A DNA stretch of 64,000 bases from Tubulanus polymorphus (taxonomy: Eukaryota; Animalia; Nemertea): NCBI RefSeq assembly GCF_964204645.1, contig NC_134028.1, positions 1,984,001 to 2,048,000 on the forward strand. Direction: 5' to 3'. The notes below the pieces were generated by a model. That model had not been told where the DNA came from and searched no databases. It saw only the letters and a list, made by a program, of their open reading frames with translations. A program made the translations under genes and the position numbers. Below, piece after piece: positions 44,045 through 59,000 of this stretch. Position 1 is the stretch's first letter, and the number at the start of each line of letters is the position of its first letter.

Positions 44045-47000
44045 TTAGGTTTGAAGTATAAGCGCAACACCACCGAGTATCCATCGAGCGGGCTTCTCTT
44101 TCGTTTTCAGATTGAACGTCCAGACGAACGTCGGACCGCGTTGTTTCGTTTTGTAAACGGGACACTCGTAGATATTTCTCGTTTCTTGTCGATCGACGGG
44201 TATCGCTTTGATGAACATAACCGGCATCGCGGGCGTCAGATCTTTCAGCTTAGCTTCGGCGATCATACCTACAAAATTGAATATAACTCTTCGTAAAAAC
44301 TTAGAAAATCTCCGGATATGAAATCGATTCTCAATTCTAAATCGACGATTACGTACCGGTTTGCATATCCCAGCGAGCTCCTTCCATGAACAGACCGTGC
44401 ACATAAGCGCCCTCTCTCGGTGGTCCGGCCATATCTTCGCGGCTCTTTTTAGTGACGTCGCATTGTAAGCACATTTTGTCGAGGGGCCATTCATTTTTAC
44501 GCGCCATCTGCTGCATGATGGCCGTGAGGAATGATTGCGGATTGAAGAATCCCGCCAGCCAGACGGCAGCCGGTAGCTGGAAGTCGGACACCCACGATTC
44601 TAATTCTTTCACGCGTTGTAGTAAATCGGTATACCACAGGGTGAGCGTGTAAAGCGACGGGTAAGCTCGTGCGGTCCAGCTATCCGGCACTGTGTCCAAA
44701 AACAGAGAATTCGAAAGACTTTCCATATCAGCAGTGATAGTCAATTCACCCTAAAATGGAAAAGGATACATTTTTATACCATCTAAATCAATTTCAACTT
44801 TCAGAAGAGTATTTCATTTGCTTTAAATTTTACCTTGAGACCGAGATCTAATTCCTTCAGCGAACGTCTGATTTCCGATGTTAAACCGTTCATACGTTCA
44901 CATTCCTGGAACGCGACGACGACGTACGGAGTTCTTTCTTCAACCGCTACTTTACCCATGATTTCCAGCATATTGAACTCGTCCGGTAATTTCTCCATGA
45001 TGTCGTCCAATATTTGTTTCACCTGAAAAATGACGACGGTTTTTATTTAGAATTTACAACGCGATGGACGGATGAAATTCCAAAAAACCGGATTCAGCAA
45101 AATTTACCTTTTCTTCGCGACTGACTCCACCGCCACCGTCACCTCCGGCATCACGTGGCTGCATTTCGAACACCGTTCGGAACAAGTTGTCCGATTTACT
45201 GGTCAAGAATTCGATTTCGGCATTCGGATGCAGTCCGTACAGGTACGGACTCTCAGGAGGCAGGCATTCGTCGATGTAGTTGTGGTAGCCTTTGTAATCA
45301 GAGTTTGGTGGAATAGGGAAACCAGGAGCTAAATACAGTTCACCATCCAACTGTTAAACATAAAATGGGTACATTAATTTTCTAAATGAAACACGTTAAA
45401 CAGGAGCTTATTTAAAAGTTAACATTCGAAATAACTGGGATTCTTAAACAAAAATCTTCTCATGTTCATATCGACTCATAAGAAGACAGCTGAGAAACCT
45501 ACCATATCAGGGTGCATGTATTCCTCTAAGTAAGTCCTACACAGACGTCTATCCCAATCATCGGTGATGTGACCTCCGTACATAATCTCACCGAACAAAT
45601 ATCTCAGATCTTCCCACGGCACTTTAGCGTTGGCTTCCAGATAGTTATACAACACGTTCATACTGATCGTCAGATCACCGGTGTTGTACGGGTAAACACG
45701 ATTCCAACCCTGCGCGCCGAACTTACGTCGCTCGCATACGACAGCGTGGAAGTAACACAGAGCGAACAGAATGGATTTAAACTCTGCCTCACGAGCGCAC
45801 ATCTCTAATGTATCCTACAATAACAAATATGATAATTAACGTCCTGAAAACACTCATTTCACACAGTGACTTAGTGCCACTGGGTAAGATGCTTTATGTT
45901 TAGGTACACATGGATGGTTGAGTTCGTCAGTCTGGAAGATACTTCGGAGCGCCTCGTGGCTATGTCACTTCTCCCCGAGGAAAGATTTAAAGATAAGGGT
46001 TATTACCTGGTTAAAGTTATCGAGAGCTTTGTGTAGATTAGCGTGCATTCCTGTCGGCGGTTCGTTAGTGATTTTGATCGCTGTTTCGAGGATACCCTGA
46101 GGAATGATGTGGTAGGCAGGGTCCCCGGCTGGCTCGGCACTGATGTAAACGCGATACGCTTCGTGACTTTCCTCGCTGTACTGCTCGAGTTTCTTCTCCA
46201 ATGTCGCCAACCATTTCGCAACCAAATGTACATTCTATAAAACAAAATATGTGGGATATAGGCTCAGCGTCCAATTGTTGATCAGTGTTCAAATATGAAA
46301 AGAAAGAGATGTTCAAAGAAGAGCTGCTCAACATTACAGTTTCAATTTTATAGTTGCACACCAGCCAGCCTTTAGAGCAACTGACCTAGAATTTTAGTAG
46401 AATCTAGCTGAATTCATCTGTGGCCAAGGAAGATCTAACATTTACCTGTAACACGACCCAATGGCCTTCTTTAGCCGCTAAATCCATAGCCTGTTCGGCT
46501 ACAATCTCTTGACCTTGACCCAATGAGATATTGTGGAAGTTCTTATCGTCGCTCGTGAAACCGAGTTTTTTGCCGAGAGCTTCGACGTCTTTTAACGGAT
46601 CGACACCGGGGGACAGAATGAAGAATATGGGCGTTCCGGGTCCGGATTCCTCGTACGATTTCGCAAACTCCACACTACGACCTTCTACGTACTTTTTACC
46701 CAGTTTATCCTCCACGAAATCGCTGAAATAGTGTATGAGATTTCATAAGATAGGATAGGATTACGAATTCGTATAGCGCCTCGTGAATTAGTAGAACGCT
46801 TGTCAAAGGCGCTCTCCAGAAACTGGTGATGATATGAACATAAATGTCTTTGAGCTGTCTTTTGATAGCGTGAGTGAATATAACGGCGAGGGTCGGGTAG
46901 GGAATGTCACAAACGCACGTCTGCCAAACGACTTCAGATAATATGATTTAACTGAGAGATGATTCTGTGACTTTATCGTTCAAACTGGTCTGTAAACTGT

Positions 47001-50000
47001 TAAAAGGCTGGAGAGGTAAGAGGCTGCAAAATTAAGGGAACGCGAACAAAGCGTCAATGCCTACATGGTATATGGTATCAATACCATAAATATGACAGTT
47101 GAGATGCTTACGTGATGGCATAGCTCATACGATCAGGACGCAGAGCTCTCATGATACACAGTTTCTGCAGCAATGTCTTATTCTTCCATTCTTGCGGGAA
47201 TTTCTCTTTTTCCGGACATTCGCTTTCGACGAATTTCTTCCATCGTTTCGCCGAGCCTTCGATGTCGCGATCCAAGTTACGGAATTCGTCCATGTTCGAC
47301 AGAGCCTGTAATATACAGAATTACCCGGTGAAAAAAATCAAGATTACGTCTAGGGGGAAATCATCAACATGTGTAAGAAGCCCATCCTAGAACAATGGAA
47401 AATCATGGTTTTAACTGACAGAATTTCAGAATTTGTTCATAGGTTATTTTCTCCCACATCTTTGAAACTCCGCCTAGATTTTTCAAAAGTTGTTGAATGT
47501 CGCAATGACACGATGTTTTCTTACCTTAATTCCTCCCCAACCGAGGTGACTGAGGAAATCAACCGGACTGGTTAAGTTAGGAACGAACGGGAACCGAAGT
47601 AAGAAATCCAGTTCGACGGCGTTGACCTCCTTTTTCATCAGTAAAACTTGGAACGCCATCTGAGCGGTGAAAATGAGCTTGTCTTTCTCGAACAGACCTC
47701 GCGACGTATATATAAACACGGAGAATGTGATACAATCGATTAGATTCTCAACTCGTACTTTCACCTCTTCAGCCGGTTCCGCTCGATCGATAGCTTTCTC
47801 AAATACTACGCTGAACGCCTGAAATTAGATCATTAGACCATCTAGATCGACTTTGTTTATTTCGAGCAGTTAGAACGAAAGAACGAATTTTGCTTTTAGC
47901 TCGACCAGCGAACAAATCTAGACAATTGCAGCGTAAATGAATGAGATTTTCTTACCTTCAGCGAGAACTGGTACATCGGGTTGATCTTATTCAAATCATT
48001 AAGGATGAAGTAAAGAAGCGAAGCCCTCGCCGCAGCCGGTCGATACAACTCTCTCGCTTCGTTAATTTTCACTTCCGTTACCTTCGCCTCTGCGACCTTC
48101 TCTTCGATCTCGGCCGCCGTACTCTTCGTAGTTTCGAGATTCTCCACCAGGGCCGTGTCGCCGAGGAAATTACCCTCGGCCGCCGACAGGCGAGCTAACA
48201 GCGAATCTTCCAGCTCTTTCAACGTGATTTTGAATTCGTTTTGTTGACGAGTCAACTCGGATTTCAGTTTCTCCAAATCCGGACGCTCCTTACTGACGAC
48301 AGCGGCGAGCAATTGATCTTCTAAACCGTCTCGCGTTACGGTGAAATTAATCAGCGTAGTTTGCGCCTGCATCTCTGGTTTGTAATGAGGATTAGCGAGT
48401 TTCGTGTGTAGAATTAAACGGAATTGCGGGTTGTACTCGACCTCCTTGTCGCCCATTTTGATCGCGCGACCTTTCTTGATCGTGTTACGTCCGAGAATCG
48501 GGTCTAAAACGGGATCGACGTTTTCGCCGATGTTCTCGATGAGCACGACGTCTCCGTTGGAAACGGCGCGTTCGATCGCGTCGAGGTATCCTCTTTGTCC
48601 GAGACGTACCACTTTCAACGCCGTGCCGTAACGATTTTTTATCCAGACGACGCCCTGCAACTGAGGATCGATCATCAGCGGCCATCTTTCGGCGTTGGTT
48701 AGAATCGTCGCGTTCTCCGTCGACATTCGATCGCTCGGTAGACCTTCGTTATTCCAGGTCGCGACCGTCGCGTCGTCCGTCAACATTCCGAGAGGATCGA
48801 CGTCTCCGCTGATCGGAATCGGATTCTTCTGCGCGGCGAGGAACGGCATCCAACATTTCTCCATCAGATCGAGACGATATTGCTTAGTGAAACAACCGAC
48901 GTAGGATATAAACGCAGTCGTTAACAGCACGTCACCGGGTAGAGTTACTTCTTGTTTACGGAATTCTCCGACCGATTCAGCCCAACGTACGTTCTCTGAA
49001 GCTAGACCTCCGACTAATCGATTAGCTAACTCGATCGTACGCGCCGTATTCTCCGCTTCTTGCTGACATTTCAATTTCTCTCCGGTCGCGCGTTCGAATT
49101 CGTCCGTCAACTTCTTCAAAGCCGCCTCCAACGATTCTAATTTAGCTTTGATCGACGCCAGTTTTTCTTGAGCGGCCGATAATTCGGCGTTGGCCTGATT
49201 CAGAGCGATACGCTTCGGTTCCACTTCGCAATAAACGTCGTAGAACATCATTATATTAATGACCCACGAACACAAACCGGCAGCGGCTGCCGATTTGGCG
49301 CGGATGAAATCGGCGTTGAATTCCGGATCGACTAAGAACGCTTGCGTCGCTTTACGGCAGTTCTCGTGAATGTTCTCTTTGTCGTAGTTGATCAACGCGT
49401 CCAAAAACTGATCGACTTTCGCCATCATGATTTTCGCCGCTTTCCAGCTACGATCTTTCGGTACTTTACCTCCCGGAGCCATCAGACACATGACGGCCGC
49501 CGTTACGTTCACTACAGCTGCCGGTGGAGAACCGAACGATTTCAACTCTGTCAAATTATTCTGTAAATGATAAGTTTAATTCATCGATGTTAAATGTTAT
49601 CCAATTTCATAAAATCAATAGCGGTCAGTTGTAAACCCAGGCCATATTCAGCATTCAGCCATATATTTGGATACAAGTCATGACTGGATACGCAAGTTTG
49701 ATTTAATTTCTTGATTAATTCAGCTAATCTTCATTAATCTTAGTCACCAGGATCCAGCTCCACAGTTGAGTTGAGTTACAATCAATTCATTTTAAATGAG
49801 TCAAATCTTAGTTCATAAAAATCATTATCAAATTGATTTAGGAGTGACTCCTTTTTGTGGCACACGGCTGATCGACTGATGCATATCCTAACAACATCAT
49901 GACCATTATTACCTTGTTCAGAGTGTTCAAAGCTTCTTGAGCGGCGATCAAAGCCGGTTCAGCTTTCGCTAAATCTGCCTCGCAATCGCGTTGTTTCTTC

Positions 50001-53000
50001 GAGACCTCTTCGTTGATGATCGAGACTTTCTTCTCTTCCTCATCGGCGATCGCTTTCTCTTTCGACACTTTCTCAGTTTCGACTCCGACGACTGAAATCA
50101 GTTTATTCGCGTCTTCGTTTTTCTGAGCGAGTTCAACCTCTTGAGCCGCGAGTTTAGCTTTCATGTCGTCGACCTGTGAATTACATCATTGAATAGGAAC
50201 CTCACGATATCGAACAAATGAATTAAATAAAATTGTGGCATTTAAGATCTTTATTATTCAACCCACTTGTTCTAAATTTCAGATGTATCCTATCTTGGAC
50301 CAGGACCCTTAGTATAAGACCATGTTAGTTCTATAGCCAATTTAACAACTTAAGACCTGTTTTAAGACTTAATCAAGCCTGACTTTGAATCTGGCACTGG
50401 GGCTGAAGTTTTCCCTTACCTGTGCTGCGGTGCTTTTCAGTTTTTGAAGACCGTTCTCGAGACGTTGCATTTTTTGCATGAGCTCGGCGTGTTTACGTTT
50501 CAGTAGATTGTGATACAGCGCAATCTGTTCGAGGAATGATTTCGGAGTCGTGTAATTGTATCGTCTTTCGTTTTGTAAATACGCTACGCTCGTTTCGTTC
50601 ACTGATTTGTGCACGTAAGCCATGAATTCGGAAATCGATTCTCTCAGATCCGGCTGAAAGAGATGAAAAAATATGCGTATTAGACGAATTCCAGGATCGA
50701 GCGATTCCAAATTTAGATTCAACTCTTAGTTGAGTATCAAACGAATCCCTTCATGTTTCATAGGTAATAAGTGCTAATCATTCAAATAGACTGTTACTTA
50801 CTGTGAGCAACTCAACCTCTTGCAAGAACCGTAAACTGACAGACACCAGCGCCTCTTCTGGCCATTCGTGGAACCAATCGATACACGTACAGTTAACGAC
50901 GGCAGGGAATTTACGAGCGCGTACCCTCAGAGTGTTACCGACCGGCGAGAAACAAAGCACAACCTAAAAGCATTCATAAGATAACAAAATGTGATCGCGG
51001 TTGTACAGAAAATTCTGAATTTTTGCAGAAAATCTCAAAATGTTTGAATTTACCTTCAGTTGACGACGGACTCTATCGATAAAGAATCGCCAGCAATTTT
51101 CCCTCGTATCTTGAAGACCTTGACCTTTCACCTCGTTTCGAACGCCGCCGATGATATTTTCGACCTCGTCGTCCGGGAACAGATCAGGAATTTCACCCGA
51201 CGCTAACAAATCGTTAATCAACACCAAGAACTTCTCATCAGCGACCTGAGCATCCGTCATCAGGAAAACTGTTCCGATATTCTTCACTCCCGCCTTCATA
51301 TACAACGCTCCCAAGTCCAATTTCAAGTCTGGAATGCTGTAGCCTTTTCGTAGCGTTATCTGGAATACTTCCAAGCTGCTGATCGAAGCGGCTAATCGGG
51401 ATAAACTTTGTTTACCGCTGCCACCAACACCGACGAGGAGAGCGTTACCGCGTGGACTTTCTAAAATACGGTTGATTCGACAGATATGTTGAATGGCGTC
51501 TTCGAACAGAACCAGGTTCATAGCGGCGTTGATTTCGTTATAGCCGTCTAGAGCTTCGGTCAAGATTTTCGTCAATTCGGGCCAGCCTTCGACCGTTAAG
51601 TATTTAGGCTCGCCGATTCCCGACGAGAAATGACTGTAGATCATCGGTCGCGCGAACAACACGTCTTCAGCCATATCCTAAAATAATAACGGTCTAAATG
51701 TTATCATTCTAAGCTAACTGATGTTCTCGCGTGCTTTCTAAAGACCCTAAAATCTTAGAAAAAAGGAAATTGAGATTTTGCTCGTAAAATATTTGATGAA
51801 GCTAAAAAAAACAAACCAAAATTCATAAAAGATATTAATATCATGCTTGCTACACCCCGAACATGCAAATCTATTTGTTTCTCATGATTTGAAATGATAA
51901 ACAAAACTGGTGTAAAATGAATATATATCCTATCCGATCGTGATGAAGAGAATTGTGAGCGAAAAAAAATCAGTACAACTTAATAAATAAATCAACCTTT
52001 TCCTCTAATCTAACAAGTTTTTTAACGTCATTATTTTCGAGGTCTGCCTCATCGGGATTGTCTGGCTAATAATTATGAACCGAGAGGAAAGAAAATAAAA
52101 TAGAACCGAAAGAGGTTATGTTAGATAAAATAAAATCGATTTCTCAAGGATTTGTTCCGGGCGGGGGCTAATGGGAGTCTTATAGTCACTAACCTCGAAC
52201 GATTTTTTCGTAACGTCTTTAATGAGTTTATCGAAACTCTCCATATCGTTTTCGTCGATGAGTTTATCTCTGTAAACTCGTTCGGCCTCGTGCATCCACA
52301 ATCTCACCAGATCAGTCGGTTGTTTGATACATTCATTGGTAGCAAACAACATTCCCTGAATTACAAACATAAATCACGAGTCACTTACATGACAGCAAAA
52401 CTGCAAAACTATGAAACTTAATAGTTGGTTAAGAATCCAGGGCCTGGTTTCATAGACCAAGAATCAAAGTAATCCCTAGGGATAAATCCTCGATCTGGAT
52501 GACACCCACCATAGTAACAATCAGAAACCTTGGTTACAACTGACAAATTTCAAAATGTTCCCAGGTATTACTTTGTTTCCGCATCTATAAAACCCAGCCC
52601 TGATGTAACACCAATACGTTTAATAGGCCAAACTTTTGTCTAAAAATCCCTAATTTTTGAATTTTTTCTTTTTCTTCGTTTCTATATCAAGGAGAGATGC
52701 ACCTCTCAGTATGTCTTATATACCTGGAAGATATTGGACAGATCTCTCAAGTTAAACACGTAGTGGAACTTGATGGCAGTAGGCAAGAACGACGAAGCCA
52801 TTCGGTTGTGAAGAGTTAACGCCGCTTGGATCAAAGTCGGCGCCAGTTTTTGGATATTCGACAAAACTTCGCTCATCGCCAAATGTTGCGAAAGAATGGA
52901 CGTGTAGATGGTAGACAACGCGTCGAGACCCGGGAAACTCAATGCGAACACGCAGAAATGTCGCTAGAATAAAACAAAAAAAAAATATCAGCATCAAATG

Positions 53001-56000
53001 TTGTTCACAATTGACACAAACATATCTCGAAGAATTGATGTAATTTACCTGTAAACGTGGATTGATAGTAAAACTACCGGCTGTTGGATTCATGCAGGCT
53101 ACGTATTGCGTATTATGAATTTCTTTCAACGATAGTTTAGAACGGTCGAACCAATGACTGTAATCGAGATGTTGTCGAATCAACGTATGCGGCTGTACTG
53201 TGAAGTATTTGTCCACCTAGAATAGTAAGAAAATTCGTATGAATCGTTGAGAAAAATATTCTCAAGCTCTTTGGTCGCGTTGTAAATATCAGGCATCTTT
53301 TCTAAACAGCATTTTCAGGAAATTAATTACCTCGGGCATATTCATATCATCGATGAAGTAGATAAGCGATTTCGTTCCCGGAGGACCGAAGTTTCGACCG
53401 GCTTTTTTCTCGAGCGGTTTTTCGAGTACGCGTTGCAACATTTCGGACGTCGTGTAGAAATTGAACGGCACGTTAGCGATCAGGTAGTCCTCCGATAGAG
53501 CGTTCAGTTTATCCTGTAACAGTACGGTTTTACCGGTACCGGCGTTACCGACGAGCATGATCGGACGACGTTTCTCGATGAGTTTGTCGAGGAAGTATCG
53601 GATTCGCGTCGTCTCCGCCGTGTGTACAAGAGCAGCCTAGAAATAACAATCGCAAAGTTCATGAATAAACAAACGTTTAAAACATCCACAAAGCTTTTTT
53701 ATCATGCCATTCACAAATTCCTCATTACATCTATTAAGTTTACTCATTAAACTAAGTTAACATTTTGCGTGCTTTGCGCATAATTTCAAAGAACTTTATT
53801 GCTCACTACGGAGAGAGGGAGCATAGCTTCTAATGCTGTTTCAAAAAGCTTTTTCCAATTGTGAAAATATAAGTCCTATATGTAAACATGCATCATTTCA
53901 TGCTTTTTACAACTCATTGCGAATGAGCAAAATTGATAAGCCCAGATTTCCATTCAAAATAATGTGTATGTTATGATATTTTTGAAACATGCGCTGATGT
54001 GTTGTTTTGAAGCTAGCCGTAAGACACCTGTAAACAGATTTCCGGTCGTTTCGGTTTTTTACTATTCTTTGTATCTTTTTTGGTTTCTTTGAGAAAATCC
54101 TGATCCGATCAAGAAGCGTTTTACGATACGAAAAGAGAACATTTCAAATCCGAGATTAAGAATTTCCTTTTTTTCATAAGGGATTCAAACAGAATGTATC
54201 GCGATGTATTTTATTTTACCTGTAAGGGAAGTTCAGGGTCGAGTTCGAACTTCATGATTCTCTTCGTCCACGGTTCGAATTTCTTCGTTTCCTCGTCGAT
54301 GAAGTAATCGAACACGGTTCCCTGCGACGGGAATTTGATCGTTTTGAACTCGGTCGTCCACCATTTCGTGAACTCGACGCGATAATCGACGAGCTGATCC
54401 TGGAACGTACATCCTCCGAACGCCCACACGCAACAGAACACGAAGTATAATTCGTACAGCTCTTTCGGACAATCCGGAGGAGTGTTCTCCGGCGTAAGCA
54501 TCACCTCCAACAAGAACAACAACATCTGAATGTGACTGACTTCGGCGATCGGAGTAATTTTCTTGAATCGAGTGCGCATCACTTCCAGACAGGTCGGCAC
54601 GTATTTATCGAACAGAATTGTTAGATTAGCTTTCTCTGACTGCACTTCACGAGTATCGATCCAACTCGTTACATATCTGTAATATTAAACAGGTTACGTT
54701 TTGGCATAAGATGAAGGAAGATTATACGACTTTGGTATAAAGAGTATGGTAGAAATATGGGCAAGATATTTCAGTTTTTAGGATTCGAGTTGTGGAGCCA
54801 GTGCATAGTACATCAGTTCACCTGATGAAGCTATTTGTAGCGAAAGCTCTAAACAAGTTAACCTTCAAAATTTACAGGTTTTAAGATTGGATTCAAGATT
54901 GGGTTAAACTGATCTTAAATCGAACCTTGTCTTGGCAAATGATTCAGTCGACAAAATTGCTACTGTGACTGTCAATTTGAGATAAAACAGTGGAAATGGT
55001 GGATACTTACGGATTCCAGCCAAGATCAGCCGGATTGATGTAGAGGATACCGGCTCTCGAGACAGTAGCAGGCGTGGCAGTCTTCAGATGACTGATCTCG
55101 AATAACAATCTCATCTGAGCGGTCAAAGCGATACGTTCGTTACTGGCTAACGTCAACACTTTATTGTCGTCCATCACGGTATTCAACGATTCAATCCACA
55201 TAGGATCGATGTCACCGTCCAAAACGATCCACTTCGGTCCGTCGCCCGTTAGATTCGCCATATCTCTCATAATCGTCGAGAACAAACCTTTATAAATTAG
55301 AAAATAATAACATCCGTAATTGTAAGCAATAATTTGTGCAAACTAAAGACTCACATTTCCACAGTCGATGGTTAGAATTAGATTCTCAATCAAATCTTTA
55401 GTGTTCGAATTTGAAAATGAAGAATTTTAGTCAAAACTCTCAGCGAACTTAACCCACAACCAATTTAATTTTCCAGGTAGGTGGCCACCCTGAGACTTGA
55501 TAGAACGAGTCTGATCATATATAAAACACTAACCGTCCTTCCATTCACGAGTGGCTGGGTTAATAATACCAAACAGTTCATCATTAGTGACGGCTTTCGG
55601 ATTCAAATCGACGGCGACCGGTTTCTTCTTCAGATTCTGATTCGTTTTGAACAACGTTTTCCACACTTGACTTTTACCGGTACCGGCATTACCGACAATA
55701 AACACCGAATGACGTACTTCGAACAATTCTTGCAATTGCACGACCTGAAAATTTAAAATTAATTTAAAAAAAAATTTCATTTACTTCTCACTTTCCTCTC
55801 GTTCATCGAATCGGCTAATTCTTACCTTGAGAACGAAACTGTCTTCCGGTTGCAGTTTCTTGTCGAGCGTCGCTTGTTTGATGTTCTTCTCGAATTCGGG
55901 ATCTCGTTTACGGGGTACGTCGAGAGCCGGGAACAGATCGGAAATCAGACCCATAAATACGGGCAAATCATCGGTAACGATCTTCGGAATGTTGAAATCA

Positions 56001-59000
56001 CGAAGAGCTCTCATCAACACCTGGTAAATAGTAGAAATCATGTTTCATTGACGATAAGTTGAGAGAAATACAAAATATCGTTCAATAAGATGCTGGACGA
56101 CTGGTGTATCTAAAAGATTATCGTTTGACCTATCGAAGGCCTTTAGCACGGAGCAGGAACTGATTTATCAAATGTTGAGGTTTAACTGTTAAACCCATGG
56201 GCAAATCTAGACTCTAACAAGAAATTTCTGTTCAAAAGACAAGCAGCTAATCTTCTCTCAGGGATAAAAACTGGGATGTCGTGTATCGATTATGAGATCT
56301 TCTTTTGAGAATTTGATACTCAGAGATAATTTACATGTCTAAGTCATCAAAACTGGGGCAAGCAAGATTCGTAAACGGTGATTACACACCTGATCTTCAG
56401 GACGTCCCGGATCACCTCTCTTCAACGCACCGGCGACGACGAGCACGGATTTGATCGCGCGAAGACCCCAATCGTAATGATCCTGTTTCGACAACAATTC
56501 CTTACACAACGTGTACAGGGTGATGAATTTCCTGGCTAGCAGACGAGCGTCGAGGAAACCTTCAGCCACCAACATAATCTCACAAATCAGCTCGAAATCA
56601 GGCACAACCATAGCGCACGGTCTGTAAACAATGACAATAAATTATTCATTAAGAAATGACGAATGCACAAAGATTGAGCGCGATGTTTGATATAGATGCG
56701 TTATTTCACCTGAATAAAGCTTTCAGATTTTCTGGTAACTCTGTACGTCCGGCGTAACCGGGGTTCATCGTGATGAAAATACCGACCGACGAAATCATCT
56801 TGATCTCCTCGCCGAGGAAATTGAATATCTTCTTCTTGTCGCGAATCGCGTCTTGGATACATTTCACCTGAACGGCCACGACGGACAACACCTCTACGGA
56901 GATTCGATTGAACTCGTCGAAACAACCCCACGCACCCGCCTGAGCTAAACCCTTGTAGATATTACCGCAAGACTGTAATAAACATACAAACACAATTCTG
57001 AGAAATCCGACAATTAACTCTGGTTTCTTCGTTTTATTCATAAAACAATGTAATTGCGTACCTTGTAATCCATTTGTTCGGAGCAGTTGAACACATACAC
57101 CATAATACCGAGGGCACGACCTAAATCTTTCGTAGTCTCAGTTTTACCAGTACCGGCGGGTCCGGCCGGAGCACCGCTCATAATCAAATGAAGAGATTGA
57201 GTCAATGTGATATAGCACCTAAAAATAAAAAAATACATTATCTTAATATCGGTAAAACAACACATTCTGACTTGAGGAATTAAACAAACTAATAGTCATC
57301 AAACTATAACTAATAGTCATCAAACTATAACTAATAGTCATCAAACTATTAATCAATCATTCTAATTGCTTAAGATTTTATAAATGAGAACCAGGGGCCA
57401 GTTGCTCAAAAGTTGGTTAAAGATAACCGGCCGTTAAATACCATAGTAACAATGAAATTTCAATTGTCACCATATCAACTATCCACTGGTTAACTCTAAC
57501 CAACTTTTGAGCAACCGGCCCCTGGACTATAGAACCAGGACCAGGCACTCTAGCTTACCTATCAGTAAGGGGTGTTATGACCAAACGAGGGGTGTTACCC
57601 AAATATTCGTACGAATATCGGAACTGAGCGTCGCAAATGTTCGCGAAACAATCTTTATCGTTATCGTCCCAGCGATGACGTAATTGAGCGAGCCACATGA
57701 ACGCCTGCGAACTCTCGACTTTGTGTTGAATCATTTTCAAGACGACGTCTCGCGCGTGCACGTCGATCGTACAGATCGTCATAATCTTCTGACGGTCGCC
57801 GGACGTTAGTTTACCGATCAACATCGTAATCAACGCATTCAACTGCGAAATCTACAATAACGACCGTTGAAACAAATTCAGAGATCACCGGAGAATGGAC
57901 TTACTATCATTTTTAACCTGAAGGTATCACTTGAAAATTGGGAATAGTTGTCAGCTCTGTAAGCTAGTTAAGCTTTTGAGCTTGTGATACAAATGGCGAA
58001 TCACCGGCCAGATAGAATTAACCTATGGTTGAATTTAAAAACTGAATCGCCAAAATTAGTAACCGCTGATTAGAAATTAGGCATGTTTGATTCATGCAAG
58101 GCGATTAGAAAAATTGAGCGTCCCATAGGACACTATGCAAAATTTTCTAATGATCTGTCAAAGCTTTTACGGATTAAGATAAATTGCAGCTTTATCTCAA
58201 GTTCTCCAAGACATTGTTACATACCTGTTTTTTGCTGTAGTCTTTGAGCGCGTTTTCGTAACCTTCCTCCAGACGTCCGAAAGCGATATTCACTTCGGTC
58301 GTCCACCAGATCTGCGTACCGCAGAGCGCCACCTGGGCGAGATAATCGAACAACCATTGATCTCGTGGTTTCTCTTCGTACGTGACGACGGCTTCGGTGA
58401 AATAATGACGAACGGTTTCTTTCATCGCGTCCAACAATCGATTCAACCAGACTTCCACCTACCGAGACGGAAAGAAATAATTATACAAAAACTGAGCAAA
58501 TCAAAAAAATAAATTCGAATAAATTGAAAAAAGTATGTCAGTGTTATGAATTGTAGCATAGCTCGATCACACGTTTCAAATCGAGCAAAATCAATCGACG
58601 AAAAATGTGAAATTACGCGCTTTCATTTAGCACACAACTGTATCCGTACTTTAGAATAACAACAATATAGCAAGTGATAACCATAGAGATTAACTACAGT
58701 TAGAGCGACTCAAACTACATCGTTTAATCTAATACGACGATGGAAAATAAACCGTAATTCGCGTGGTCAGTTTTTTTTTTCGAACAGCCCCCGAACTGAA
58801 ACGACTGCAAAAACAGTTCCAGATACTATCCTAGTAACTGTACCAGAATAGCATCGCTGGCTAGGGTTAGGTCAGCGGGATACGGTTTATTTCATCGGAG
58901 TCAGTCGTGTGCGTCGAGAGTCAGTCGGGACTCCGCGTTGTTCCGATGCTACGTACCTGTCCAGTACAGTCACATGGATAACTCATATCAACGTATTCGC

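Noticed and set aside
57287-57349. CRISPR-like array
   Set aside because: Direct tandem repeats without spacers in a eukaryotic intron; simple minisatellite
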